Shown here in pieces: positions 13,461-27,439 of a stretch of DNA of 64,000 bases (positions are counted from its first letter, which is position 1; each line of letters starts with the position of its first letter). Below the pieces are notes generated by a model. That model was not told the origin of the DNA. It saw only the letters and a list, made by a program, of their open reading frames with translations, and searched no databases. The DNA is taken from the NCBI GenBank assembly GCA_964016885.1, contig OZ024743.1, positions 268,708,001 to 268,772,000 of the forward strand. Direction: 5' to 3'. Made by a program: the position numbers and the translations under genes. Source of the stretch: Eledone cirrhosa (taxonomy: Eukaryota).

Positions 13461-14300
13461 TTCAGAAGATAAGGTGCTTATACCTGGTTGTTAAGCTTAA
13501 CTTCGTGAGGATAAGCTGGTTTGAGCGATCCGAAAGCACTACACTTCAGTAGTTTATCCCAGCTAAATGTTGATGATTGGGAGTCATGGAGTATTCATTT
13601 ATCAAATTAAGAGTAATTAAAAAGGGGTTACTTCACCATAGTTGCTTTATTGCATGATATATATTTCTGTTACATTGTTATGCATGTGACTTCATCAGAT
13701 GCCCATACAATATTAGGTGCTGATATGCTATAATGTTGATGGTCATATATTATCATCCAGTTGCTATGTCAACAGACATATGGATTTCTGAATTTCTTTT
13801 CTTAGAAAGTTCTAGTAGTAGGTGTATTCGCCTACTGACTGGTTTGGTGTATAGGCTCTGGGTAAGATTCCTATACTTAATTGTTGACAGATTTATGTTT
13901 ACATCTCAACTTGTGGTCAATTATTTCGTCTGTAGTCTGTAGTCGTCACTATCATCACACCTCCTCTGCCGTTGGTCAGAGCAACATTGAGTTGTTGTCG
14001 CCCGAACATTGGCACTAGTAAATATAGCGAAGAGAACAGAAGAGCCAAGAATTTATGACAGGCTTTCGTGATACATATAACAACTTCACAGTTAAAGTAC
14101 AATGTAATGAATGTTAGTTATGTTAGTTGTTATATTCATGTTAAGTATTATATTATATACAAACACTCCTGGAATTACCTTCATTGTACCCACGGTTGAT
14201 CACCACGGAAACACTATGATAAGTGATTCACTTGTCGAGTCAAAACCCATTGCATGTTGATATAGTCTTAGATATCCGCTAACAAAATCTGATCACTGCT

Positions 14301-14383
<83 letters not shown>

Positions 14384-14537
14384 TTTCCTTTAGACATGTA
14401 TTATCAAAGATAACACATGGAACAACAACATTCCTAAATCCATAATCAAGTTATCTTGGCGTTCACGCTCACAGCGTAGTGGTGCTGGCGGTGTTGTTAC
14501 TGCATTTTCCACTATAGGCAAATACCCCCCCCCCCCC

Positions 14538-14598
<61 letters not shown>

Positions 14599-15236
14599 GG
14601 CAGTAGCACTAAAAAAGCATTTGACCATAATGAAGGTGTATATAAAAACATATATAATAAACATATCGGTTGCCTCCCTATCAAAGACAAATATTTATTC
14701 GTAATGTGAAAGTTTATTTTTCTTTATTTTCAGAATTGCGACTACGCTTTTCGAATGTCAAACAATATTGGTTGAAGGTTTGTTAATCTTTCATCAGTGA
14801 GACGTACTGTTTATTGTATATATATATATATATATATATATACACGTATAATATATGTTTATGTATATTTTCATATAGACCTCTATTATGCTTAAACGCT
14901 GTCTTTATGATACAGCCTATTAAATATAACCAGGCACGTTCGCACTATGTGCAAATGTGCATTTTCAGTCGCTGTTTTCCATTTGCTATATGAAATGATA
15001 ATCACACATCACACAAAATTCTATATAGACTATTTCATGCCACTACGAGTCGTGTGAGTGTTGCTGATGAAAGATTGCCAGATATTGAAACAACGCTGTC
15101 TGACATTCACAAAACGTACTGCCAATTCTGTAATATATTCACGGAGGGAATTAGAGACACATTTTTTTTCGTTAAGAAAAGATGTTTATTGTATATAAAT
15201 GTATAATATAAGTGTTCACATCGACTCTCTCTCTCT

Positions 15237-15350
<114 letters not shown>

Positions 15351-15419
15351 AATGGTTTGATAGTATAGGTATATGTAAATGGTTTGATAGTATAGGTATA
15401 TGTATAAAAATATGTATAT

Positions 15420-15590
15420 ACTTACGCTAGCAAAGATATAGGTTTTGTCTTAGTAACTTTGTGGTTCAATACAAAGAGATGTAGAACAATTATATAAAAG
15501 ACGTAAAATAAGAAAATTATAGTAATTAACTTACTTACTTAAATTTCACTCCAACTAATTAGTTTCTGAAAGGGGATATACATAGTCTTC
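15420..15590. repeat. Interspersed repeat, family B (second copy ~30600-30785)
   Basis: Shared TATAAAAGACGTAAAATAAGAAAATT...TTTCACTCCAACTAATTAGTTTCTG; abuts the 5' side of a Penelope ORF, possibly an inverted pLTR. Confidence 0.65.
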
Positions 15591-15677
15591 ACAGGGAACT
15601 TAAAACTTGTATAAGTTCCCTGTGTCCGCGTATTGGCGCGTATTGCCAACGCCGTGTTATAGTACTATAACACGGCG

Positions 15678-16418
15678 TTGGCTAACAGCGGCTTCTCACA
15701 ACCTATCACTTACTCTCCCACTAGCAACAACACCATTAAGAAAAGTAAGCGCAACAATAGACAAACTATCTGGTTCTCTCCTCCCTTCTCATTCAACGTT
15801 AAAACCAATGTAGGAAAAAAATGTCTAGCCCTCTTAGATAGACACTTTCTCATAGGTCATAAATACCGCTTCATCTTTAACCGACACAAAGTTAAACTAG
15901 GATACTCCTGCGCTAAGAACATGAAGGCCCACATCACCAGCAGCCCTAGAAGCAACACCCCACCAGGGTGCTCTTGCCGTAAGCCTGAAGCTTGCCCCCT
16001 TCAACAGCAATTCAACACACCAGCTGTAATTTATGAAGTTGTGGTCACTTCCAACCGACCAAACGAACAACAGGAAGTCAAATCCTATGTGGGCATGGCG
16101 GAGGGCCGATTTAAGGAACGTTTCCTGTACCACCAATCTACCTTCAGGTACCCGGACAGACGTTCATCCACGAAACTCGCGAGCCACGTATGGTCCCTCA
16201 AGGACTCAAGTATAGACTACTCCATTCAATGGAAAGCCATCACTAAGTCCAAGCCATACGCAAGGCGAAATCCGGGGTGTGGCTTATGTATTCACGAACG
16301 AATAACTATTCTAAAAAGATTACGCAATAGTGATTGCCTAAACACGAGAAATGAATTTTTCACACGTTGTCCACACGTCGCCAAACACATATTGCATAAC
16401 TACAAGGCTCTGGACTGA
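15678..16418 (+). pseudogene. Penelope-like element, C-terminal GIY-YIG endonuclease region (5'-truncated)
   Basis: IWFSPPFS, CSC..CPL, AVIYEV...SYVGMAEGRFKER, C.LC..E..I, LNTRNEF..RCPH. Confidence 0.92.
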
Positions 16419-16580
16419 TTCTTTGTAATTTTATTTTCAACCCAAAAACTTTTCGGACTTTCGCAGTTATCTCTCTTACACCTCTCGCACGCATTCTAGT
16501 ATTGCCTGTGTGAAGTGACCGGGTTTCTGCGCATGCGCGTTCGTACGGTTGTCCTTCCTGTTCCTATAAGCATGCCCATT

Positions 16581-16620
16581 CCAAGCTGAGGCTCCGCTAA
16601 GGTGAAACAATTGTTCTCGG
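16581..16620 (+). ncRNA. Variant minimal hammerhead in 3' pLTR of the Penelope element
   Basis: CCAAG-CTGAGGC-TCCGCTAAGGT-GAAA-CAATTG-TT-CTCGG; palindromic stem III; one core deviation. Confidence 0.55.
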
Positions 16621-16714
16621 TATGGTGAACTAACTGTTGTGTAACCACTTCTACCTAACTCATCCCATGGACTGAGTCCTCTACCACTACGAATATTACC
16701 TTCCAGAGTTCCAC

Positions 16715-16750
<36 letters not shown>

Positions 16751-16755
<5 letters not shown>

Positions 16756-16914
16756 GCGAAGGAGTTGTGGTAAGGAACCAGATGGACCATAACGCACCAG
16801 ATTACTCAATACTTAGGGTAGTACAGTGGGTAACAGGAAAATGTATGACCCCGACGGCAGAGCTCAAGCCGTCGAACCGGCTTGAGCTCTGCCGTCGGGG
16901 TCATACATTTTCCT
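16751..16914. mobile_element. Fold-back element, family C (perfect 37-bp arms, 6-nt loop)
   Basis: 16835-16871 / 16878-16914; (TA)n on both sides; same family at 29515, 34185, 60021. Confidence 0.9.
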
Positions 16915-16982
16915 ATATATATATATATGCCATGACTGAATTATAACCATCAACACAGTCAAGGTATGTCAGACATCAATTT

Positions 16983-17046
16983 ATTTTATCTGATGAGGAC
17001 GTACTGTTGAAATAGCTCAGTACCTCTGAAATATGTATAATAAAAT
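16983..17046 (+). ncRNA. Minimal type I hammerhead ribozyme motif
   Basis: ATTTTAT-CTGATGA-GGACGTACTG..CAGTACCTCT-GAAA-TATGTA-TA-ATAAAAT; 7-bp stem I, canonical core. Confidence 0.75.
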
Positions 17047-17089
17047 ATATTTGATCACATGAATGTCTATATTTATTATCTCTTTGAAG

Positions 17090-17138
<49 letters not shown>

Positions 17139-17864
17139 TATATATATAAAGATAGATTGATTAAGAGAGAGAGAGGGGGGTAGATAGAGAGAGAGTGGGT
17201 AGAGAGAATAGGGCATTTATATGTATGTGTGTCTGTATGTGTACATGCGTGCTTACTCTGTTCCTGCAAAACTGAGAGGAGGGGAGATGGAGCTATATAT
17301 TAATGTTATATTGAAAACACGACAGTTTGAAACAAAAGCTGTTCTATCATATATATACAAATATATGTGCATATGTACGTTTATGTGTGCGTGTGTGTGT
17401 GTATTTATGTGTGTGTGTGTACCGGTGCATGAAACAGAAATACCTAAATGCTATTTATATATTGAGTTACTTTACTTTACGCCAAGTCATTCCATAAAAA
17501 AAAATATATAAGTACCATACAAAATAAAGGACTCATATAATCGGTTAAAACCCTTAGAGGTGATGGCGCCATCACGGCCCCAGTAAAAAGCTTGAAACCA
17601 GTAAAATAATTTTATGTATACATTTACATATATATATATTGGGGGGGAGGGGTCTATAAGTTGCGTGTAGGTACATGTATACCTGTATACACAACACACA
17701 CGCATTTAGATAACTCGTAGTGGTATTACTATATTTCCTCCCGATATTCTTTTTAAATAGAATTAACCACTTAACATTTTCTGATCAGATACAGAGATCA
17801 ATGTTTACTTTCTCCCATGTACATACAGTGGAGGAGGAGATATGTTCTATGTTATGTTAAATAA

Positions 17865-18020
17865 CTGGAAATAACGATTTCAACTATAGACACAAGGCCA
17901 GTAATTTTGGGGTCGATTAAATCGACCCCAGTACGTTACTGGTGCTTTATTTTATCGACCCCGTAAGGATGAAAGGCAAAGTTAATCTCGGTGGGATTTG
18001 AATTCAGACTCTAAAGGTTT
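17865..18020 (-). mobile_element. SINE family 1
   Basis: Reverse complement of the family-1 body; older copies also at ~19340-20020. Confidence 0.85.
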
Positions 18021-19197
18021 CGACAAAGCGTTCAGTGGCTCAATCAACTTATAGCACTTCTCATTAAATTGACGGATGTTAAGTGGTTGAGTATCCCACG
18101 GATATTTGTACCAATAATATAATTCCTAGGATGAGAAATTTTGTAACAAGACGTTTTAATTACAATTTATGTGACGAGATTCGAATTAGTCTGACAAGAT
18201 TCCAAACAGTTTCTGTCAACTCAATTTCGTTCACATGCTCTTGGTCGATCCGAGGCTATAGTAAGAGGTTCCTGAGTTTAAGATCTAACAATTGTACAAT
18301 GAACTTAACCACTGAGTTGTACGTGCTAAGTTTCATCTTTGTTCACCCAGGCAAAGCTATAAAGCCACAAAGAAGGACAACTCAGAGAAGATAATTGAAG
18401 GAGAGAGTAGATGACGATTGATGTCGCTCTTGAATATTTCGAGATTTATTGGTTACGAAAGCAAGAAGCTGGAGGAGAATGCTATGGGCAGGAAGTATGA
18501 AGAAAGAATCTCTCAGAATTTAGATAACTCGTAGAAGGGTTATTATATTTACGACTCTAAAAAGGAATTTAAACTGTAAATGGATGAGACTAAGCCGCCA
18601 ATTCGGTGATCCATTTACACACTTGATGACGAGGCAACAAAGAGGAAAGCTCATCATGACAATTCCCATGAAAATATTTAACATATAGTCGTGTATGTAA
18701 TATGAGGCCCTAATAGTATGATAAAGTACAAAATATTTAAGACTATTTCACTTACACTCTGCTTATCTTGTTCGACCAGTAGACCAACTTTAATGACTAG
18801 GCTGAAAAACACATTAAATAAAAATATTTTTTAAAATAATGCTAATAATTTGTAACATATACACAAATCTACACATTTGAGATAAAGTACAGTCGATTAA
18901 ATGAATTGGGTTTCTACTTATTTGTCTGCATCAGGGAGGATGAAAGTAAAATCAAATCCCGGCAATATTAGAACTCAGAACACTAGTAAAAATTGCTAGG
19001 CATTTAATCCGACTTGCTAGTGTCTTTAGCAACACACTGTTTTCACTGAACATATAATAACTTATTACAATACAGTTCTAATTTCTATCAAATCATCCAA
19101 CCATTCGTAAATTACTTCCATGTATGCATCTGAAAAGTTAATCCGAGTCACTAATTTCATGCACATCTAACTGCTAACTGATCAATGTTGCTTTCAG

Positions 19198-19219
19198 ATT
19201 AAGAGCTTGCCAGAACTTG
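19198..19219 (+). CDS. Putative 22-nt micro-exon (IKSLPEL-G)
   Basis: Branch-like GCTAAC ~20 nt upstream, ctttcag acceptor, G|gtat donor; phase 0->1 fits both neighbours. Confidence 0.45.
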
Positions 19220-19546
19220 GTATATCTAGATTAATGTATTGATATTTCTTTCTTTCTCTAATTATTTATTCTTTCATGGTAGTGGATGGCAGATTTACCA
19301 AATACATAGCGATGTTCTGTTACATTCGTGGTTCAAAAAGGTGGCAAAATTATAGAATCGTTTGAGCATCAGATTACAAGGCTTGTGTTTTGTGGTATTT
19401 GTTGCGGCTTTCTGTATTCTGAGTTTAAATCCCACCGTGGTTATCTTTACATTTCATTCTTTCGGGGATCGATAAATTATGTAGCTTTCAAAAATGGTGA
19501 ATTGGTAACATTGTAGTAGAATCGGATGTTGTCTTGTGCTACAAGA

Positions 19547-19608
19547 TTTGTGACAAGATCTATTTGAAGCGGGTTCGCTTACCCACTTCAAATAGATCTT
19601 GTCATAAA
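19547..19608. repeat. 28-bp-arm hairpin
   Basis: TTTGTGACAAGATCTATTTGAAGCGGGT / ACCCACTTCAAATAGATCTTGTCATAAA, two mismatches. Confidence 0.85.
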
Positions 19609-20232
19609 CATTACATATTTTATATTCTTTCAAGAATGTATCCTAATATTTAAAAAAAAATGTGAGAGCGGGGGATTAGATTGACAGAGCGTCGCAAAAA
19701 AGCATTACGGTATTTAGTTTTGACTACCTACGTTCTGCGTTCAAAACTCTCTGGGGTTACCTTTTCTTCCTTCAGAAGTCGATGTAATAAAGTACATATC
19801 ACGTACTTGAGTTCATATAATCGAATTTCCCTTCGCAAAAATTATAGGCTCCATGCTAAAATCAAACTGTATTCTTTAAAGGATGTGAAGCATTGTGGTT
19901 GACAGAAACAGTAGAGATATGCATTAAAGATCTTGCAGTGCATTTACGGGCCTTTAAATCCTGAGTTCAAACTCCACCGATGTCAATTTTACATTTCATT
20001 CTTCGAATATCGATGCAATAAATAAATAGCTGTGAAATAGATGGCCAACATAATGTAGTGTAACCTTTCCTGGAATTGAGCTAATATCAAAAATACATTA
20101 GTGTGTGTTTGTGTGTGTGTCTGTAAAGATTTGTGGAACGTTGTCAGTTGATCTATGTGTGCGTATTTCAGTAGTTATGAGTGTGTGAATGTTCAAATCT
20201 GTATGTTGAGTGTACCATGTTAATTTTGTACA

Positions 20233-20619
20233 TCTTCTATATATATAAAAGCAAGGATGTGTGTGTGTGTGTACAACTTTGGATACCTAAGGCTTTTACA
20301 ATTACCAACCGAATTTGACCAAATTTTCTGTACACGTTGCACAGGTCACTAAGATGGTCACATCAGAAAACATTTTCAAATCGACCCACGTTGAGCAATA
20401 AAAAAATCAATATCAAAATTGTCGGTAGCAAAATTGATGTAAGGGAGATAACCAACTTTATTGACAATCCTTATTTTAAAAAAAGGGAGATAACCAACTT
20501 TATTGACAGAAATATAAACATCAGATTCATTTGAAGATAAATCACTAATATTATCGTTTGTTTCTTGTTTACTCTTTGTTGCATTTCAAACCCCGGGCAA
20601 CGCCGGGTAAATCTGCTAG
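20233..20619 (+). mobile_element. Complete non-autonomous Helitron
   Basis: A|TC start, CCCGGGC-AAC-GCCGGG subterminal hairpin, CTAG|T end. Confidence 0.85.
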
Positions 20620-21109
20620 TCATCTATATGTATGAGAATAAAAGCGTCTTTGTTTTCGCCCGTGTGTGCATGTATTTCCGTGTGGGTTTTACGTGCACGT
20701 CTATTGTTTAATTCATGTAGCCATGGGATGACCTCGTTGCTTGGTGGCTAGAGCGTTTGGCTCGCGATCGTATGGTTATGAGTTCGATTCCGTGTTGGCC
20801 ATTGTGTCCTTGAGGAAAACATTTTATTTCTCATTGTTTCAGTCTACTCAGCTGGAGAAAATGAGTTGTGCCTGAGTTTTCATAGATTGTGTCAGGCTGA
20901 ATCTTCTTGAGAACTATGTTAACTGAATCTGGCTGTTTTGTTGTTCGAACAACTGGAACATTCCTCTTGGGAATTAGCGGATGTCCAACACAGACAGCTA
21001 TATATGTGTGTGTTGTATAATATGTATGTATGAGGGAGCACCTGACTTTTTCTTTATCATATATTGCTTTCTTTAATTGTATTGCGTGAATGTATATCTG
21101 TTGTCTTAA

Positions 21110-21329
21110 CCCTTTAGCATTTACATTACTCTTTGTATACTATTATATTTTCATAGTAAAGGCGTTATCTCGCATAATTATCTCACATAATATCGAAACT
21201 ATGAGATTTTAAAAGTATTTATTTTGAGAACAATACGTTAACATCAGTTTGAGCGACCGGTTACAGCCAGTTTCAACAGAAAGAGGTAGAGAATTATGGT
21301 CGGTTTTGGCCGGTTTGTACATTAAAGGG
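21110..21329. mobile_element. piggyBac-type MITE
   Basis: TTAA-CCCTTTA ... TAAAGGG-TTAA. Confidence 0.75.
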
Positions 21330-22077
21330 TTAAATACGCAGTCCGCACGCCGCATGTGGCCCGCAAAACTCATTTCTATGGCCTGCAGCAGAATAATTTC
21401 GTTTCCCTCTTTTAATACTATCTATGGTATAATATATTGCAAAAAAGTGAAAACTATAAAAGATGAAAATGGAAAAAGAGGAATTTATCAAAAGTACAAA
21501 CGGAGATAAGGAAAATTTGAAATGGAAAATGTGTACCTCTATATGTTGTACTAATACACACAGCTCACTTATTATTACATGTGTATTAATTTTGATGGAA
21601 AATAAAAAAAATAGTAACCTATTAGTGGTATTACAGATTAGTATCATAGCTGGTGGAAATTCGGCAACCCCATCTCACTTTTGGCCCGAATTGTCTCTCT
21701 CCTATGATGTAATGACCTTTTTGAGCCCTTGAATTTGATGCCTCTGTTATATATCATTTTCGATACATGAAAATAATTGTGTTCGGTTGCAATTATATGC
21801 ATGGAGGTGTATATATGTACCAGTATATTTAAGCATGTGTATATTTATATATGTGTGTATTTTACATACGTTTTGGCATTAGTGTGTATGATGTTCTGTG
21901 TGCGGGTTGCATATGTGAATCTGTACGTGTGTACTGTATATCATCTGGGTGTGTATGTGTGTGTAGTATATGTGAGTGTATATGTGCGTGTCTGCGTAAT
22001 ATGTTTAATATGAGTATGTATGCCTGTAGATATATAATATCAGTGTTTATACGTGTGTACAATAATATGTAAATATG

Positions 22078-22262
22078 TATGTGTTTGTAACATTATATGA
22101 GTGTGAATATGTGTGTGGTTTATGATGTGGGTCTGTATGTGTTTGTAACATTATATGAGTGTGAATATGTGTGTGGTTTATGATGTGGGTCTGTATGTGT
22201 TTGTAACATTATATGAGTCTGAATATGTGTGTGGTTTATGATGTGGGTCTGTATGCGTTTGT
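22078..22262. repeat. Tandem repeat, ~58-bp unit x3
   Basis: TATGTGTTTGTAACATTATATGAGTGTGAATATGTGTGTGGTTTATGATGTGGGTCTG repeated. Confidence 0.9.
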
Positions 22263-22389
22263 AGTATATTACGTGAATATGATTACGCATGTAGTATACG
22301 TGTGTTTATTTTGTATGTGTAGTGTATAATGTGAATGTGTCTGCGCGTGTTTTACTATATATATTAGTGTGTGTACTATTAGCATAGAC

Positions 22390-22840
22390 TTTACCGTGAA
22401 TGCTTATCAAGGAGATCTCTCTATAATTGGAACAATCTCTCTTGTCTCCTTTTTTTGAAAATTGGAATCATAACTCCCGAATGCGATTGCGTTAGGGACC
22501 TTTCCAGAGGTCCAGGCACCCGACACACATGAGTCAGCCAGGGAATACCTTCTTTATTTAAGGCTTTTAACAACTTAGGCCGAATTTCATCTTCCCCAGC
22601 GGCTTTGCCACATTTGGGTCCTATAATTGCTCATGTGACCTCAGCCTCCAACAGATTAGTCATCGCTCCCAGATGCACCTCGTGTACATCAGAAGATGTT
22701 ATGGAGCAAGATGGTTGGATAGCATCCATGAGCTCGACTGGCCTTGCTTAGGAATCCAGCTGGTCAATTGGAAACGGTAGCTTCTGACAATACCCGCGAA
22801 AAGGAGTGTTTCAGGATTCGTCCCCACACGACTCTCTCAT
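22390..22840 (-). pseudogene. Degenerate RTE-like LINE RT fragment
   Basis: Minus-strand KAAGEDEIRPKLLKA and IPIFKKGDKRDCSNYREISLIS..GK. Confidence 0.8.
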
Positions 22841-24100
22841 TAATAAGTGTGCGGCGAAGAAGAAGAAGAAGGAGAAGGAGAAGGAGAAGAAGAAGAAGAA
22901 GAAGAAGATATGTGTGTGTTTGTATATGTAGTATATTATATGGGCGTGTATATGTGTGCCCTGTAATGTGTGAGTATGTAATCGTGTTTACCCTATGATG
23001 AAAGTATATATGTGCATGGGGTATATTACGTGAGTATGTATGTGCATATAATACAATGTTTTAGTTTGTATGTGTAGTGCATTAGCAGAATGTGCACGTG
23101 TGTGAATATCGTCTTTAATATGTAAATGGAGTTGTGTTGTATATTTTTCATTGTGTATTTTTAAGTCTACTATGGGCTATGGATAAGGGTATATTTGTAA
23201 GGGTTTATGCGTGTATTTTTGTGGATACACAATTATTTAAATGTGTAGAATTCTGTGTGTATATGTACATCGATTCTAACACGTGAATGCAGTTGCGTTT
23301 ATTTCTATATGTATGCCTTCGACCTTATATGTGTGTGCATATGTACGCAAGTGTTCACCAATATATTTATGTGTGTATTTATTTATGTGTTGAATTGCTC
23401 GTGTGTATGTAAGTGTTCATGCATATATTTATGTGCATAGACATTTGCTTATTTGTGTAGAACTGCATGCGCATTTTGTATGAAAATGTTCATATGTGTA
23501 TGTATGTACATATGCATTTGTTGATATATGCAGAAATACATGCGTTTGTGTATATAATTGCTTGTGTATGCATTTATGTGAATATGCATTTTATATGTGG
23601 AGAATTGCGTGCATGCGTGCGTGTGTGAGCTGGGATTTCTGTAAGTGCCAATGGACAAAAGCCTAATACGATCGTGCTAAAGGATGATGTCAGCCGTGAA
23701 TTGGTGAGCTTTGGTAGGGAACACTTTAGCGCTTTTACTCGACCTTCGTGCAACCCCGATACGCTTGGCCTCACTCAGCCGTTACTGGTCTTTGAGAAAC
23801 TTGTTTTGGAATTTCGTGAAATTCTCTGAACAAACAGCGAATCTTCTGGCACGCTATGGACAAAAAGTTAGGTGTGAGGGTTTGAGGAAGAGAAAAATAG
23901 AGGAATGGGCAAAACAGAGAGGAAGATGGGGGTAATATAAAACTGGGTGTAGAGGAGGGAGTGTATTTGTTTGTGTCTAAATCTGTGCGTGTGTTTATGA
24001 GTTTGTGCGCGTTTATAAGGTTATGTTTGAGCGTGTATAGTTACATAAATATACTTACGTTCCTATATAGATTCATAAGTATTCACACATACACACGCAT

Positions 24101-24150
<50 letters not shown>

Positions 24151-24497
24151 ACGTGGTTGGGGGTTGAGAGAAACGAGAACTCACTATTTAGCTTTAATAA
24201 TATTTATATATACATATATATATATATATACACACAGATACACAGACACGCATACATACATACTTACATACTTACATACATGCATGCATACACAAAAGCG
24301 AGCACGCAAGCTTACATGCACACGTATGTAGCTACATACTTACACACGTGCAGTAATACGTAGTTAATTAGACATGCATTATTTAGGAAATCGTGTGACA
24401 AGTAGCGAAGAGAAAGATGAAGTAAATCTACAAGCAGACTTTCAATTCCCAACCTAACCAGTTCAAGTTACACATGCTCTTTCTTACCTAAAATAAT

Positions 24498-24930
24498 GGT
24501 TTCTTATATAGGCACAAGGCCAGCAAGGATGAAAGGGAAAGTTTACCTCGGCGGGATTTGAACTGAGACTGTAAAGGACCGTAACTCTATGCTGCAAAGC
24601 ATGGTCTCCGATTCTCTACCGATACTGCCAATCCACCGTCCTTTTCTTACCTATAATAATAGAAGTAATTTGAGAGAGGGAAAAGACAATTAAATCGAGC
24701 CCAGATTTAAAATCAGAAAATAAAGGAGCATAAGTAAATGCGACACTCTAACGATATTCTATCGACAATTTATCCTCTTTTTTAATACTTCACTGCCATG
24801 ATAATAATAATTATTCCTTCTTTTGGCACAAGGCTAGCAATTACTCCAGTGTGTTACTGGTGCTTTATTTTATCGACCCCATAAGGATGAAAGGCAAAGT
24901 TAACCTCGGCGGGATTTGAACTCAGAGCGC
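24498..24930 (-). mobile_element. Two SINE family 1 copies
   Basis: 24498-24640 flanked by TTTCTTACCTA.AATAAT TSD; second copy ~24810-24930. Confidence 0.85.
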
Positions 24931-27439
24931 ATATACCTACGATTGCAAGAAAGTGCTTCACAAATAACAATGCCGATACCGACTGAAGAACAACGAAATT
25001 TTGTGTAAATAGATAAAAATGATAATAATGAAATATACTGACTGGAAGATGGAATTGCACAAACGTAGTCAATGCCACCCAACAGAAACAAGATAACTCC
25101 AATTTTTTCAGAGGAGCTTTGGCTTGATAGCATTTAAACTGGACAGCTACCTTAAGCAAGGAGATTTCGAAACACAAATTGCTGTTATAAAAGACTACCG
25201 CATTGGGCACTCCGCCTATACTCAATAAAGTACAGTGTCTAAGGTCTTTGTTAAAACTCGACGGACAATGGAAGCTTCACTAATATTCATATTTACTCTA
25301 CAAACCTTCAATAATTATAATTATAATATTGCTCGTGGCGGTCATTTCTGTATTTCTCTGCACCATATTGTTTCATACAAGTATAACTGTAGGTGTGTTC
25401 TCTTTGATTTCCGTTTTTTTTTATCTTTTAAAAATTACCCAAACAATCCTACGTATTCTCTGCTCAAAAATATTTTTCAGAGCGTCATCCATTTGTTTTG
25501 TGGGGAAAATATGATTCCCATCTTCCATATTTTTAGACGACAGAGATAAATAATTCATTTCCTTTCTTGGTCTTAAACAGTCTTGTATATTACGCTATAC
25601 TTCCAATCGCGTTTGTTTAACAAAAATGTTTTACAAAAAGATTCATGAACTCATAACATTTTGTGTCGCTACGCTGGCAAAGGTGTCTCTTATATGTAAA
25701 GTATCTAATTGTTTAGCTGTGGATAAGTATGTTTAGCTGTGGATAAGTATGTTTCAGTATAAACATTGTTGTGTCAACAGAAGTGTTACTCGTGGTATTT
25801 GAACTGGTAATTTTAAAGGGATAAAAATATTATTTTCATTTTGTTCGCTAACATTTTGGCATGCAATAAATTTTTTTTGGTTTTCCTATTTATGTGTTTT
25901 CATTACCATTTATCTATGGACACATGGCTAGGAATTTCAGTAGTTATTTTATTTTTGTGTACATGGCATGAAGGAAAATGAAATTTCCCCCCAAAAAGGA
26001 CAACTTATTTTTTTCTGAATCATATATAGGTGGATTTTCCATCACTTCGAAGTTATCAGTGAAAGTAAGTTCAATAAAACTTTATTTTATGAGGTATATA
26101 TCATTCGCTTCGAAAAGCAATTTAAAAAAAAATATATTGTGTAACTCAGCAGTGAATAATAAGTTATGACACACTCATAAGATTATAAAAAGGAGTCAAG
26201 ATTGGTTGCAATATGGAAAGAAATATAGATAAGATAAAATAAAATATAGCAATAATAATAATAAAATTGTGTCTGTTTTTTTTATATAACATGCGTCTAA
26301 GTCATATACTTCATATGAATATTAATTTGCTCTATAATCGAATTTTTTTAATAGAAAATAAATATTCTTGCCTTACGTTAAGAAACAAGTGGGCTTCTTA
26401 ACTCATGAGGCTTCTGATAAGAAGTGCCCATACCTAAGCAACGGATCAACTAAGAAAATGCAATAAAAACAGTGACACATATATTTGTGTTGGTTGAATT
26501 TATTGGGTAGAAGGAGCTATGATTGTGATGTAAAATACAGTTTTAAATTGGCTTTATCGTCGAAATAGAACGGCTAAGTTTCTGAATTTGTCATTAATGT
26601 AGATGAACCTTAACATTTTGTAAAAGTATGCAGTTTGTATCATTTTATTTTCGCAAAAAAAGAAAAAGATCCTTATATATGAATTGAAGGCTGGGCAAGA
26701 CCTACTTACGTTCGTGTTATCTCTTTTAACACATTTGGTAACAACCAAGGCAAACCCACTCAGTTTTTTTTTTGGGGGGGGGGGTATGAAACAAAAGTAC
26801 CCACTTCAAATGGTTCCTATTTAAATTGGAATACTCCAACATAATTTGACATAAGAATCTTTTGTTAAGTTCTGTTACAAATGCCATCAGAATGAAATAA
26901 TCTATAATTTTAGTGTAGTGAGTGCTTCCAAAATCCCTCATTAATTGATTGAAATACAGTGTGTCATTAGAAATATGACCACGAAAGGTTTCATTAAGAC
27001 TGAAGCTTAGGGAACATTCTTTGATATCCATAATTCCCTTCCATTAAACTGGAGTAAGTGTGGAAAAGTTGGCATGTTATAAGAAATGAATCAGTGAGGC
27101 TATTTCGAATTAGCTTTTGTGGTTCCCTGCATTAAAGATATAAACACTAACATTAAATCTATAGGCACACACTTCAACCCCAATGTTTAATTTAATGACT
27201 GCTACTTATTCTATTGAACATATATATATATATATATTGAGTGCTACTGGTAACACGTAAACCAGTACAACCGGTCGGGTCGTTGGCGACTAAACTGGCA
27301 ACCTCACCAAGTTTACTTGGTGAGGAGGGTGATTTTGGACACCCTGCAGGATAAAAAACAAAACCTGACAAAGAGCGGAAGAACTGATAAGAGTCAACGG
27401 CCATCCAAAAATGTGTAAATATGTATATACACATGTACA

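Noticed and set aside
22078-22262. CRISPR-like periodicity
   Set aside because: Head-to-tail tandem repeat with no unique spacers, no cas genes, eukaryotic context
23630-23860. Possible LINE coding fragment
   Set aside because: No diagnostic motif recognisable
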